DNA of 64,000 nucleotides, from positions 254,420,886 through 254,484,885 of the forward strand of contig NC_052147.1 of the NCBI RefSeq assembly GCF_902713615.1, in the 5' to 3' direction. A program made the position numbers and the translations under genes. The DNA is from Scyliorhinus canicula. Lineage: Eukaryota. The notes beneath the pieces were generated by a model that worked only from the letters and a program-made list of their open reading frames with translations, ran no database searches and was not told where the DNA came from. This document shows, in pieces, positions 24,804 through 38,020 of the stretch (the stretch's first letter is position 1; each line of letters starts with the position of its first letter).

Positions 24804-25379
24804 CCTGAATTTTCTCTTGTTGGAGATGGTTAATTTCTGGCACTTGTAAGGCACAAATTTTACTTGTCAGCCCAAGCCAGGTTATTGATGAAGTAGCTGA
24901 AGGTGGTTGGGCTTAAGACACTACCCTGAGGAACACCTGCGGTGATGTCCTGGATGCTGACCTCCAATCACAGCATCCATATTGCTTTATGCCAGGTATG
25001 ACTCCAACCAGCGTAGAGTTTTCCGCCTGATCTCCATTGACTACATGTTTGCTCAGGCTACTTGATGCCAAATGCTGCCTTGATGTCAAGCACAGTCACT
25101 TTCACCTCATCTCTGGCATTCAGCACTTTGTCCATGTTTGAACCAAAGCTGAAATAAGGTCAGGAGCTGCGAGATCTTGGCAGAACCAAACTGAGCGTCC
25201 GTAGGCAAGTTATTGCTGAGTAAGCGCTGCTTGATGACCTCTCCATCATTATACTGATGATGGAGAGTAGACTGATAGGGCGGTAATTGGCTGGGTTGGA
25301 TTTGTCCTGCTTCTTGTGTACAGGATATACCTGGGCAAATTTCTACATTGCTGGGTAGATGCCAGTGTTGTAGATGTAC

Positions 25380-25608
25380 AGGGCAGCATGGTGACCTAGT
25401 GGTTAGCACAACCGCCTCACGGCGCTGAGGTCCCAGGTTCGATCCCGGCTCTGGGTCACTGTCCGTGTGGAGTTTGCACATTCTCCCCGTGTCTGCGTGG
25501 GTTTCGCCCCCACAACCCAAAAATGTGTGCAGAGTAGGTGGATTGGCCACGCTAAACTGCCCCTTAATAGGAAAAAAATAATTGGGTAATCTAAATTTTT
25601 TTTTAAAA
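25380..25608 (+). mobile_element. HE1-head SINE with A-rich tail and 16-bp TSD
   Basis: TSD AGTGTT(G/A)TAGATGTAC at 25364-25379 and 25609-25624. Tail GGAAAAAAATAATTGGGTAATCTAAATTTTT..AAAA. Confidence 0.85.
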
Positions 25609-25913
25609 AGTGTTATAGATGTACTGTTCCTACTGGAACAGCTTGGCTAGGGGTGCGGCAAGTTCTGACGGACAAGTCTTCAGTACAATTGCCTGAATAT
25701 TATCAGGATCCATAGTCTTTGCAGTATCCAGTGCCTTCAGCTGTTTCTTGATGTCACGTGGAGTGAATCAAATAGGTTGAAGATTGAGATTTGTGGTACT
25801 GGGGACCTCCGGAGGAGGGCGAGATGGATCATCCACTCGGCACTTCTAGATGTTGTGAATGCTTCAGCTTTATCTTTTGCACTGATGTGCTGGGCTCCTC
25901 CATCATCAAGGAT

Positions 25914-26234
25914 GCGGCACGGTATCATAGTGGTTAGAACTGCTGCCTCACAACACCAGGGACCCGGGTTCAATTCCGACCTTGGGCCACTGTCTGTGTG
26001 GTTTGCTAGTTCTCCCCGTGTCTGCGTGGGCTTCCTCCGGGTGCTCCGGTTTCCTCCCACAGTCCAAAGATGTACGGGGTGGGTAGATGTACGGGGCCAT
26101 GCTAAATTACCCCTTAGTGTCCAGGGATGTGAAGTCTAGGTTATGGGGTTGCAGCAATAGGGTGGGACGTGGAACAGTGCATACTTGATGGGCCGAATGG
26201 CCTCCTTTTGCACTGTAGGGATTCTATGATTCTA
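25914..26234 (+). mobile_element. HE1-like SINE (CR1 tail)
   Basis: Head, V-domain and GATGGGCCGAATGGCCTCC tail ending (ATTCTATG)n. Confidence 0.85.
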
Positions 26235-26416
26235 TTTGTGGAGCCTCCTCTTCCAGTGAGTTGCTTATTTGTCCACCACCATTCACGGCTGGATGTGGCA
26301 GATGCAGAGCTCAGATCTGATCTGTTGGTTGTGGGACCACTTAGTCTATCACTTGCTGCTCATGCTGTTTGGAACACTAGTAGTCCTGTGTTGTAGCTTC
26401 ACCAGGTTGACACATT

Positions 26417-27036
26417 GGGCTGGATTCTCCGATTCTGCGGATGTCCGCAGGATCCGTCTGGTCTTGCAACTAAAAAGTCGCCGCCGTTGCCACTCCGATG
26501 CTCCACCCGGTGGGGGGCTAGCAGTCGTGCCACGTAAAGCCCACCTGTCGATACGGCCGCAGAACGGCTGGGTCCATGGCCGCGCATGCGCACTCCGGCC
26601 GTATTGCCATACAACATGGCACAGCCGCGCAAAAACTGCCCCCTGTAACCTCCCTCGCCACCCCCGGACCACCCCCAACCAGTCCCTCCAGCTCCCGCCA
26701 AACCCCCCACCAGCAGAACGGCGCTGCCCCCCCCCCCCCCGACTGTTGCGCCACTGGACACAGTCCGCAGCTGCCACGCGAGGACCCCTAAAAGTGAGAG
26801 GACACGTGACTCACGCTGTCGGAGACTCAGCCCATCTGGGGCAGAGGTCCGAGGGAGGGCCTCAGGTGACGTACTGAGGCCGCCCCGTTGGTGTGCGGCA
26901 TACTCCACGAGTGCACCATTTTTCAGGGGGCGGAGCATCGGAAAAACGGCACCTCCCCCGATTCCGGCGTGGAAATGGATTCTCCGGTCGATCGCCATAC
27001 GCGATTTCGGAATCGCCGATCGGGGAATTCAGACCC
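26417..27036. mobile_element. GC-rich MITE inserted in CR1
   Basis: GGGCTGGATTCTCC ... GGGAATTCAGACCC ends. CR1 sequence resumes on both sides. Confidence 0.75.
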
Positions 27037-27540
27037 TTATTTTTAGGTATGCCTGGTGTTGCTCCTGGCATGCTCTCCTGCACTCTTCATTGAAACAGGG
27101 CTGATTCCTGGCTTGGTGGTAATGGTAGAGAGGGGGATATGCTGGGCCATGAGGTTACAGATTGTGTTTAAGTACAATTCTGCTGCTACTGCCACAGTGC
27201 CTCATGGATGCCCACAGCGGTACAGCGGTAGTGCCACACAGCACGATGGAAGATATCCTCAATGTAAAGTTGGGACTTGGTCTCCAAAGGACTGTAGAGT
27301 GGTCATCCCTACTGATGATGTCATGGGCAAATGCACCTGTGGCAGGCAGGTTGGTGAGGATGAGGGCTAGTATGTTTCTCCCTCTTGTTGGTTCCCTCAC
27401 CATCTGTCACAGTTCTAGTCTTACAACAATGTCTTTAAGGACCCAACCAGCTCGGTACTATCGAGCCACTCTTGTTGATGAACATTCTCGTCCCCCACCC
27501 TGAGTACATTCTGCGCCCTTGTCACCCTCAGTGCTTCCAA

Positions 27541-27745
27541 CAGTCTACCCTCAGTCATAAATGTAAAAAAACCCATGACACTATTTGAAGAAGATCTGTG
27601 GTGTATTTATCACAAAAAAGATTGCCTGGCCATGTATCTCACTTGCTGTATTCCAATCTGGCCACCATGTTTCCCTATATTACTGCAGGAACGACCACTG
27701 AAATAAGCACTTCATTGACTGCAAAGCACGTTGGTGAGTCCTAGG
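27541..27745 (+). mobile_element. Deu-SINE, 3' half
   Basis: ..AAAACCCATGACACTATTTGAAGAAG.. and ..CACTTCATTGACTGCAAAGCAC.. match the recalled Deu domain and tail. Confidence 0.6.
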
Positions 27746-29829
27746 TTTACCCGTCTTACCCTTGTTTGAAGTACAAAAAAAAGTTCCCTTTTCTTTCACA
27801 CCCCTGGTTAATTTCACAATAAATGAATCTCACTATGAGAACAAAATAGTGGAACAACTGACAGATTTTGGATGCTTTCAATGCTACCTCAGGCAGCCCA
27901 CTAGAACCTTGGCTTGAGCAATGCAGGAAGGGTCTTCTCCCACAGGCAGTTTTCCTTCCTTCCTCAATCAAATGATCTCTGAAGGGAAGCTAGAGGGTTA
28001 ATGACATTTGTAACTGAGAGTCAGCCATGGGGGCCTTTCCACTATTCTCTAAAAATATAAACCCTTTGGTTTAGTATATATTGCAAAAGATATATCTTGC
28101 TAAAACTGTTTCTGATGGACTTGAGGTCAGTTACCTTCCCACCAATGGAGCTTTTCTAAGAAACTGCAGAAGTGAAACAAAGAAAACCCTGACACTCAAG
28201 AAGATAGTTTAGCTGGTTAAAGTGAATTCATTTTCTTCTGGCAATTATTTTTTTTTGTATGACCAAAAGAAATAAACCATAGTTAGCTGCATGCAAACAA
28301 CCCTTGTAGAGTGTAAATAGGATGTTCCTATCTCATTTACTGTCATGCAATGTTCAATGTATTATGCTATAATTTTATTGCAGATTATTGGAATGGTATT
28401 TAATTCAATAATGTTGACTTTTGATTGGCCGAATCATATGCATATTTTCAATTACAGTCACTACTCAGTAAATTTGTCACCTATTTGGCATAACATTCAG
28501 ATTGGCTTTTTAGCCAAGAGCCCAATTGTCAACGGTTTATAATCTTCCATCTTTACCAAAAATTTCTTATCCTGTTGGGTGTATTTTACCATTTACACTT
28601 AATGATTCTTCAGACAATGTTCAATAAAATCTTATGGGAGGAATTAAGTCAATTGTTGCAAATTCATACATGTCAGATGTTGACAATAATTTAGTTAGCA
28701 CAGAAACCTCAATTGAAGCTAATCTGTTGTCAAAAAAACCGCAGAGAGGGCACCCTTTCCGTTTTCCTAAAGCTTTGGGGACTCCATTAACCTTTCTTCT
28801 GCAGAGGTGATGATCTAATTGCACCTGGCAAACTCACTGCATTATTTCATGTTTACCAGAAACGGGTTGTTCTGTAGTAGAAATGGATAACCACAACACG
28901 CAAATCTTTTTAAGGTAGGATTGAGTTTTGCTGTGTTTGCTGGATATATCTGTAACCACACTATAGAAGAAAAAATAACTCATAAAGTGGACTAGAATAA
29001 GGCAAGTGGATGGGGAGGTAGCGGATAATCAAGATCAGGAGAGACATTCCCTTGTTGCAAGAATGTGTGTGTGCCCAATAGTGTTTGACAGTCTTCTGGT
29101 CCCAGAGAATTCAGCAGAATTGTGTATTTTAAATAATTTCAACACACTCCCTGCAGTTACATCTGGAATAAGGAATAATATATGCAGCAGTTCTAAAAAG
29201 ATCTTTTGAACTTCAGAAAAAGCAAAACTTTCTTCTTTGGTAGCTGAAGATGCTTAAAGGAGCTGCAAAACATTTCCCGTTGGATATCTTTCTGGAGTTG
29301 ATAGTACTAAGGAAAGTACTCATTTTGGGCTGAGATAAACCCTGCTAACAGGTATGGAGTTGGAGCAAAATTAAATTTCTCAGCTGGCATTCCATCTGTC
29401 CTTGCCAGCTAGCTAATCTCTGACTGCCTGAAAATCACCTTTCAACCGCTGACAGAGATGAATGATACCCCCTCTGTTGAAGTAGAAAGACATGATCTTG
29501 TGTTTTCGGACCACCCAAATCCTGGGACTGTGGGTAGGCCCAGAATGCCTGAGATGCAAGTATATGATGTCCTCAAATTGAGGACAGCTATTGTCAGGCT
29601 CATTGGAATGTCTATACTGTACAGCTGTGGAAGGTGGGGTGTTGGTGGGTGGAGTGCGGGTGGGTTGAAGGGGCTCACACTTAAGGTTCAATGTTTTAAG
29701 GTTTAGTCCCAGAAATTAAATATCGTAAACTTCTCAAAAATCTCTTTTGAATTTAAACCAGCTGTCTAAACTTTGATTGTGCCTGAAAGTATGCACAATT
29801 CTGATGGTGTTGCTGCACCAAAGACTTGA

Positions 29830-30390
29830 GAATCTTGGGCATCATCGCAATAAAAGGAAGAAAGAAGTTCAGTTATGGTTGTAATGTGGGAAATATGACA
29901 ACCAATTTACACATAGTAGATTCCCATAACAGCAATGCAATAATGACCAGGTAATGGCCTGAATTCAGTGGCAATGGGATTCTCTGGTCACGCTAGCAGT
30001 GAACCATCTCCCATGGGTTTCCCGGCAGCTTGTGATAGCTTCAATGGGAATCCCCATTGACAGCGGCGGGAGAAGACAATTCTGCATCCCGCTGCTGGGA
30101 AATAGGTGGCTGGGAAACCAGGGAATCCCGCCCAAGCTATTTTTGCGATGTTGGTTGAGCTGATAGTATTGACCACAGGGATCTCCATCTCTTTCCAAGG
30201 TATCTTTCACATCTGTCTGACAGAGTGGACATCTCATCTGCACAACAGCACCTCTGACAATGCAGCAGTCCCTCGGAACTACACTGATTTGTCAGCCTAG
30301 ATTTCTGCACTCATGTCCTGGAGAGAGACTCAAACCTACAAACCTCTGGGTCAGAGATGAGGGTGCAGCCAGTTAGGCCACAGCTGATGC
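29830..30390 (-). mobile_element. Deu-SINE with a short MITE inserted at 29956-30133
   Basis: Reverse-complement Deu domain (AACAGCAATGCAATAATGACCAG..GATGTTGGTTGAG) and head (GTCAGCCTAGATTTCTGCACTCA). The MITE is flanked by AAT/AAG. Confidence 0.65.
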
Positions 30391-30819
30391 TTATTATTAT
30401 TGTCCTTGAGAGTTTTAATGAAATAGAACATATCTTATTTTAAATGGATCATGAATTTACTGACCTGTTGTTTGTTACCAAGAAGATTGAATATCTTTGA
30501 TGATCTATAGTTAATCACCTTGGTATTTTGAGCTCAGATACAAGCAACAGCTATATTTTAGAATTTTTAATCAAGTGACTTATTACCTGTCCTCCTACAC
30601 TACAGATCCCAAATACAAAACATCTTCCTCTACTTTATGTTAACTCAATGTAACCCAACAAATTTGGTCTTTGAAATCCAAGGATCAAGTTCTCCATTCT
30701 TTGCCCAGTTTCTCAATCTAATTTGCCTAGCCAGGCTTCTCTACATCAAATTATTTTCCTAACAGTTTTTGAAAAGATACTATTTCAACTAGGGCTGTCT
30801 TTGCTCATGCAATCTCTAC

Positions 30820-31172
30820 AGTATAGAAGGCCTTTCGGCCATTCACGTCATACAATCTCTACATTATAGAAGGCCATTTGGCCATTTGAGTCTGCACTGA
30901 CTCGCTGAAAGAACACCCTACCTAGGCCCACTCCCTTGCCCTATCCCTGTAACCGCACCAAACGTTTGGACACTAAGGGACAATTTAGCATGGCCAATCC
31001 ACCTAACCTACACATCTTTGGAGCGCAGGAGGAAACCGGAGGGCCCGGAGGAAACCCACGCGTGCAGGCATGGGAAGAATGTGCAAACGCCACACAGACC
31101 CCAAGATCGGAATCAAACCCGGGTCCCTAGCACTGTGAGGCAGCAGCTAACCACTGTGTTACAATGCCGCCC
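30820..31172 (-). mobile_element. HE1-like SINE
   Basis: Reverse-complement HE1 with a duplicated tail end. Confidence 0.8.
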
Positions 31173-31254
31173 ACAATAATCTACCATTACTTAAATGAGT
31201 GAAATGAAATGGTTTCTTGGAGTAATCATCTTAAAGACAGTATCAACAATACAT

Positions 31255-31620
31255 CATCCCCAATGGATGCTAAAGCATTTCACATACAATTAGTTAATTT
31301 TGAAACACAATCACTGTTAATATGCAGGCAAACAGAACAGGAATTTTGTGCATAACAAATGTGCATGAACAGAACAGTAGTGTGCTGAAAGGCTGGCTTG
31401 ATGCTGGCTGCCAGAGCAATGTTGCCTATGATATGGAGGAACTCTGGGATCTTTAACATACACGCCAAAAGATGAATGGCTCATCTGAAGAACAGTACCA
31501 TCAGTATTATAATGCTCCTTCAGTTACTGTACTGGAGCATCTGCCTAGATTATGTGTCCACTTTTGGAGTGAGGTTCCAACCCACAACCTTTTGAATTAG
31601 ATACACGTATGCGACCGACT
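31255..31620 (-). mobile_element. Diverged Deu-SINE
   Basis: Similar to 29830-30390. Confidence 0.5.
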
Positions 31621-31780
31621 TGCAAGACTCAAGAGGAATATTCATTTACAACAAAATTGATTATGCTAGACTCAGCTGTATATTTTATTCCTTGTTAAAG
31701 TGCTCTGAATTTTATATTTATTAAGCGAAAGGTTAAAAGACCCAAGGAATCTAACACATAATATTAAATATTCCTCGATC

Positions 31781-32005
31781 AGGCAGCCCGGTGGTGCAGC
31801 AGATAGCACTGCTGTCTCTTGGCGCCGAGGTCCCAGGTTCGATCCCAGCTCTGGGTCACTGTCCGTGTGGAGTTTGCACATTCTCCCAATGTTTGCATGA
31901 GTTTCGACCCCACAACCCAAAGATGTGCAGGGTAGGTGGACTGGCCACGCTAAATTGCTCCTTAATTGGAAAAAATAATTGGACCCTCTAAATTTATTTA
32001 AAAAA
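31781..32005 (+). mobile_element. HE1-head SINE with A-rich tail
   Basis: Same subfamily as 25380-25608. Degenerate ~17-bp TSD (AAATATTCCTCGATCAG / AAATATTCTTTGGTTAG). Confidence 0.8.
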
Positions 32006-32159
32006 AATATTCTTTGGTTAGCTAAAGGAAGGATCCAATACAATAAAGAGTTCCCTTTACACCACTACTGGATCAAGTGCCCATTTTGTGCGTGCATACC
32101 ACCATTTTACAGTCATTATTGCACACAGGGCAGGGGAGGGAGAGGGAAAGAGAGGCAGT

Positions 32160-32530
32160 GGGAGAGTAGTAATCTCACTAGATGAGTAATCCAGAGGCCT
32201 AGGCTAATACTCAGGGGAGACAGATTTAAATTCCATCACTGCAGCTGGTAGAATTTGAATTAAATTAATACAATCTGGAATTGAACACTTGTCTCAGTCA
32301 TGGTGACCATAAAAAAAACCCATCCAGTTCATTAATGTCCTTTAGTGAAGGAAATCTCCCCTCTTGCCCTGGTCTGGCCTACCTGTGACTCCAGACCAAT
32401 AGCAATATGGTTGACTCTAAACTACCTTCTGAAATGGCCCAGCAAACCATCCTGTTCTAGGGCAATTAGGGATGGGAAACAAATGCTGACTTTACCAGTG
32501 ATACCCACATCCCATGAAATAATTTTTTAA
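32160..32530 (+). mobile_element. SINE with a CR1-derived tail (AGGGATGGG..AAATGCTG..CCCACATCCCATGAA)
   Basis: The tail matches the 3' end of the CR1 family at 23458 and 52232. Other copies at about 48860-49130, 53715-53820 and 62600-62950. Confidence 0.65.
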
Positions 32531-32660
32531 AAACCCAACGAGAAAAAATTGATTCTGCCAGGCATTCATATTCTTATGTTAGTTTTCTTGTCTCTTGTTG
32601 GGTGTGTGAATGCACACCTATTTTATGTGTCCAGAATAACAACAGTAATGGAAGGTTCTT

Positions 32661-32848
32661 TAATAATAATAGTAATAATAATAATCACTTATTGTCACAA
32701 GTAGGCTTCAATGAAGTTACTGTGAAAAGCCCCTAGTCGCCACATTCCGGCGCCTGTTCAGGAAGGCCGGTACAGGAATTGAACCCGCGCTGCTGGCCCT
32801 ATTCTGCATTACAAGCCAGCTGTTTATCCCACTGTTCTAAACCAGTCC
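32661..32848 (-). mobile_element. Short tRNA-derived SINE with (ATT)n L2-type tail
   Basis: Reverse complement of the 58242-58440 element. Confidence 0.75.
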
Positions 32849-35329
32849 CATTTATTTCAACATAAAAGCAAATAATTTTACTCTTGCTGGAGGATATCTG
32901 ATCCCCTGATGGTCCAGGGTTGGGGCACTCTATCTCGTAGTGGTAGAGTTCACATACATTTCTTTTTCTAATGCTCTGGTAGAGAGGCAGACATCTGTTT
33001 TCCCGAGTGGTGTCGATGGGCTGATCAGTCTTTGGGGATTTGTGTCTGCATCTGATCCCTAAAAGTATAGTGGTATCTGTGTCTGACCTCTGCAGGTGTA
33101 AATGACAGTATGTGTTTGTGTTTCCTGTCAGTATAGTGGAAGGTTGTGTCACTCTTCTCTAGGGGGTCTGCGGTGGGTGGGGGTGGGGGTGGGTGGGGGG
33201 GCTGGTCTAATGAAGCCAGCCCGTGGGACCAAGATTAAATTTTTCACTTTGACTTTGTGAAAACCTAAATATTACAGGCTCTGTAAATCCAAAATCATAG
33301 ACTACTTGTTCCTGGATACTAGGAAGCAGCATTGCGAAATGCACAAAGAAGATTCAAATGTGCCATTTTACAGATTATTAAAGATTTTGTTTTAAGTTAA
33401 TGGAAATGCAACTGGAGGTTTCATTGCAAGAAGCAGCATATTTCATTTAGCATGATTCCACAGACTCACCTTACTAATGGACAGTCAAAAGAAATATGGG
33501 AAAGACAATTTTAGTAACATACCAGTAAACTGCAACCTTGGCGTACTTGAAGTAACCCAAGATGACTGTAAAATCCAGGAATCTGAAAACAAACCTTTAA
33601 TAATTTTTATTTCCAAGAAATCTGCATTTTTTACAGCCGAGACTCTATTGTTACAGCCAGGGGTGATGAACGACAGGCAGGTAGCACAGCAGACAATTTA
33701 ATCTGAATAGTATTGATTTGGGATTTGATCATTCGAAATTTCTATGGCCAATTAATCATGGCCAATACTTGCTTATCGATCAATGAATCAATATTTTTTC
33801 CTCACCTTTCCCAGTGCTCCATTATCTCATTTCATTTTCATGTGTAAATTGACATTACTGGTGCAATCTTGTGAAATTTCAGCACTCCCTAATAATGCCC
33901 AAGACAGCCAATAAATAGGTTAAAGTATACACTAATATCCATTGTGACATTGCAACAGAAGGTAGACACAGTGATGAAGATTACAGAAATGTGACTAAGT
34001 CTATGACCATCCAAATATGCAGCATTGAGCCAAGTGATGATGACAGCAGAACATAGCACTACATAAAAATATCAATATTAGAATACTCTGTTTCTTACTT
34101 TTGTCAAAATAATACGTTTCCGCTGATGGGTTTATTCCAGACTTGTCACATCTCATGCCATAAGTGTTGACACTCATGCATTTTAACCCCATGTCATGCT
34201 CACACTTCTAATTTTTCTCATCTCATCAGCATTTAAAATGTTTAAGAACAGGCAGGGGAACCATCGCAAAGCAGGAAATTGAACAGGGCAAGTTTTCTAA
34301 CTTCCCTTTGACAGACATGGCAAGATGAAATGCAAAGAGCAGTGTTATCCACCCACCAGCAAAAAAATTGCGAAAATGTCTTGTGATCTCATGTCTTTGC
34401 TACTCTGCATCTTTCTCACTGCAAGAAACATACTTAGAATTCTGTTGCACGCCAAAAGAATTGTTTATCCCTTAGGTTAGAAAAAGATCTATCCGGATAT
34501 TCAAAGTGTCTAATGCAGCAGAGCCTGTAGGTGTCTTTGCTCCCCCCCACCCCCCCGCCTCCGACCCCCTAGCCAATTATACCTCTTGACCTCCACTGAA
34601 GGTGCTGATGGGTCAGATTCCATGGGCGTCAGCGCCATTCTGCTAGCTTGCCCAAGTAGCCATTCATCCATCATGTGAAGGGTTCTAAAGGACACAGTGC
34701 CAGCTCTGTATGATATCCCTTATGTCCGACAGGAGATTTTGGGGAGAGCTTCGACAGTATAGTTTTGTCCATCACAATTGAGTTGCAATGAACCTTGCAA
34801 AGTCTACATCTGGTGCCGTTGGAATTTCTTGGATGCTGCCGGGATGCAGTTTGTTCAGGTTTAAGTGATATGCAAAGGGAAGTGGCAAGGAACATTCGGA
34901 AGAGATGGACACTTGGGGTTGTCAGGGCAGGTACAGTAGATTAGTAACCATGCAATTTTAGGCAGGTTTCAGATCTCACTGTCAGAGGGTAATAATTAAT
35001 GATCAAATGTTAATGTAGATGCTGGGCTGTTGGGCTGTTGATGCTATTAATTCAGCTCAGTGGAGCCAGTCCTGCGCAAGACCTGCCACAGCTGTCACTG
35101 AGTTTGCTTAATTATCCTACTGCCTTTGGGCTCTTTTCCCCTTTTTGAAATTGTGGGACAGCACAGTTTCACTGAAGCAGCAATGTGAACAGTGCACAGC
35201 TTCCTGTGCTGCATAAGGCTACATCGGAGCACTTCTGCCAGAGTACCCAACAGGAACGGGTGAGCCTTATTGCTTTTAACCCATTGAGTACTCCTTCTAA
35301 TTTGATGTACTGACAACAGACTACAGAAT

Positions 35330-35470
35330 TAGGTTAAATCGCCATCGTCCCAGATGACCACAGGCTGCTTTCCCCTTTGAGGGGGAGAGCTGACTGGTGG
35401 TGGTTTAACCTGAGGACCACCACACCTCAGGTGAGGGGAAAGGTTAAGAAGGATGGGCCTTCAAGAATAA
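35330..35470 (-). mobile_element. 3' part of a short SINE-like interspersed repeat
   Basis: Recalled shark repeat motif CCTCAGGTTAAACCACCACCAGTCAGCTCTCCCCCTCAAAGGGGAAAGCAGCC. A related head is at about 47830-47990. Confidence 0.5.
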
Positions 35471-35635
35471 GGTTACTCAAAAACGTCCAATACTTTTTCA
35501 TCTCCTGAATGCAGCTCGCCGCCAGTCACAAACAATTCGAAGCACCAGGTGTTTTCTCTGCGTTTATAAAATTATTTTTAATTGGATACGTGGGTTACAT
35601 TATTTTTTTCAATGCGATATTATAGATTTTGTTCT

Positions 35636-35935
35636 AATCTTTATTGTCACAAGTAGGCTTACATTAACACTGAAATGAAGTTACTGTGAAAAGCCCCTAG
35701 TCGCCACATGTTGGCGCCTGTTCAGGTACACAGAGGGAGAATTCAGAATGTCCAAATTACCTGACTGCATGTTTTTCGGGATTTGTGGGAGGAAACCGGA
35801 GCACCCGGAGGAAACCCGGGCAGACACAGGGAGAACGTGCAGATTTCGCACAGACAGTGACCCGAGCCGGGAATCGAATCCGGGACCCTGGCGCTGTGAA
35901 GCAACAGTGCTAGCCACTGTGCTACTGTGCACCCC
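35636..35935 (-). mobile_element. HE1-head SINE with L2-type tail
   Basis: V-domain joined to TGTGGCGACTAGGGGCTTTTCACAGTAACTTCATT..GTGACAATAAAG. Confidence 0.8.
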
Positions 35936-36890
35936 TTTATTATAAAGGCTAATTCAACCAAAATGTATTGTAACAGAAACTCAGGCATGAGTAATTTGTT
36001 TACATTTGGCATTTGTTTTAGAAAAACAAATCTATGGGGGCTCAAAGCCTTTAGGATGGGAAACTGTTGAAACTTCAGCACAGTTTGATACCCCAATCCA
36101 ATTAAGCAATAATTATATACAATTGGATGGGTCAGCTGCATATTTCTGCCAAAGGCAATTGAGGATGAATACCAGATGTAAAATGCCACAACTGCAACAA
36201 ACTACGACAGAAGTTACCATTATGGTTGTATCATTAATTTGCAAAAGAAAATTAAGTGGAAGTTACCAAGCACACTGCAACTTGTGATGTTATTTTACAC
36301 TTTGGAAAATCACCATGCCTCTTTGATCACACAAACAATTGCAATATGTCAACAAGGTCATATGCTCGGAGTCTACACATGCTCACAATCTCCTGAATCT
36401 TAATGCCAGCTGTGTAAAATATAGTCACCAAGAGCTACCCGGATTAACTAGCTCTTAATTGCACTATCCAGAACAGCTATCCATTTTCCAAGTACTCAGC
36501 CTATCACAGCTTCCTGAGTTGAAAATCCCTTAAAAGTGGGTGCTCATTCTCGACACGTGGGAAATCTGGTGCTGTTGCAGGATTTAAATGTCTCTTTGTG
36601 ACAGCCTTTTTGTTGCAGAAGGAAATACCTAGAGGGAGTGAGTGCAACCCGTTGCTGAGATGAGGCCATTGAAATTTCCTGGAAGAATGGAGCAAGAAAT
36701 GAGAAATGTTAATGACACCGTCACCATACAGCACAGATGGAAGCAGCACTAGAAGAAATTTAATTACTACACTAGTTCAGCCAAGGTAGGAAAATGCTCC
36801 ATTAACTTCCACTAATACAGTGTATTAAGCATGTGTACCAATTACAAGTAGCCCACCCTCATTGTTTTAAGTACTTCCAGTGTTTACCTT

Positions 36891-37340
36891 AGAACATAAA
36901 AAATAGGAGTACGAGTAGGCCTTATGACCCTTCAAGCCTTCTCCTTCATTAAGTAAGATTATGGCCGATTTATTCTTGGCCTCAACTCTACTTTCTGCCT
37001 GTTGCCCATAACCCTCGGCTCCTCTACAGTTCAAATCTATCACCATCCGCTTTAAATCGATTCAATGACTCAATCTTCATGAGGTAGCGAACTCGAAAGA
37101 TTCACAAGCTTCTGTTAAAAGACAGTCTCCTCATTTCCATCTTAAATAGACAACCCCTTATTCTGAAAATACGGCCCCTAGTTCTAGACTCCTCAATGAG
37201 AAGAAAGTTCCCCTCATCATCTACCCTGCAAAGGCCGCTCAGAATCTTTTTTGTTTCAATAAGATCACCTCTCATTCTTCCACATTCCAATAACTATTGG
37301 TCAAATCTGCTCAACTTGCCCTCAAAAGACAACACAGTGA
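36891..37340 (-). mobile_element. CR1 LINE 3' fragment
   Basis: ORF 37102..37290 RMRGDLIETKKILSGL..ESRTRG matches the CR1 ORF2 C-terminus. Confidence 0.75.
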
Positions 37341-37740
37341 ATCTTCTTTGAGGTTTTGGACTATCTCTAGTCTTTGCTACATTGAGGATGAGCTCATCAG
37401 GACAGTTACTGAAAATGATAGCTTCCTTAGATGGAGCAAGGTTTTGTGGATATATACACCATATATACACCACACACTTTCACCAATGGTAGCATTTACT
37501 CACATATATCTAGTGCCAGGGAGAGAAATCATGGAGTTTACCTGTGTATGGGTCCCTTATTTCAAAGAACAAAGAACAAAGAAAAGTACAGCACAGGAAC
37601 AGGCCCTTCGATCCTCCAAGCCTGCGCCGACCATGCTGCCCGTCTAAACTAAAATCTTCTACACTTTCGGGGTCTGTATCCCTCTATTCCCATCTTATTC
37701 ATATATTTGTCAAGATGCCCTTAAACGTCACTATTGTCCC

Positions 37741-38004
37741 TGTGTTGTTCCTCGTGTCTTAATAAAGCTCGCAGTCTCAAGTGTGGAGAAGATGCTTTAT
37801 TGTGGGTTCGTTCAGTTTCCAGAGCTCGACCTAGAACTACCTTCCAGTGCTAACTACCAGCTTTGCTTGCTGTGTGTCCTGCTTCCCAGCCCCTGCTGTG
37901 AAGAGTGTCCTCACTTCCTGTCCTGATGTATTTATATGGCTCTCCCGTGCTCCCTCTAGTGGTCGCTCAGTTGTGTTGCATCTGGTTAACTTGTGATCAC
38001 CACA
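37741..38004 (-). repeat. 3' LTR (264 bp)
   Basis: Direct repeat of 41874-42137. Minus-strand TATAAAT and AATAAA present. Confidence 0.95.
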
Positions 38005-38020
38005 TCCCCCTTTTTCTCTT
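38005..38020 (-). promoter_or_regulatory. Polypurine tract
   Basis: Minus strand reads AAGAGAAAAAGGGGGA immediately before the TGTGGTG of the 3' LTR. Confidence 0.9.

Larger units (their letters stand above)
23458..27540 (-). mobile_element. CR1-type LINE (3' end to APE region) carrying nested SINEs and a MITE
   Basis: 3' tail at 23458. RT-region remnants, and an APE motif VREPTRGRNILALILTNLP in ORF 27155..27403. Confidence 0.8.

Noticed and set aside
32799-33152. 117-aa minus-strand ORF
   Set aside because: No recognisable motif, and it ends inside a SINE. Possibly decayed TE sequence.
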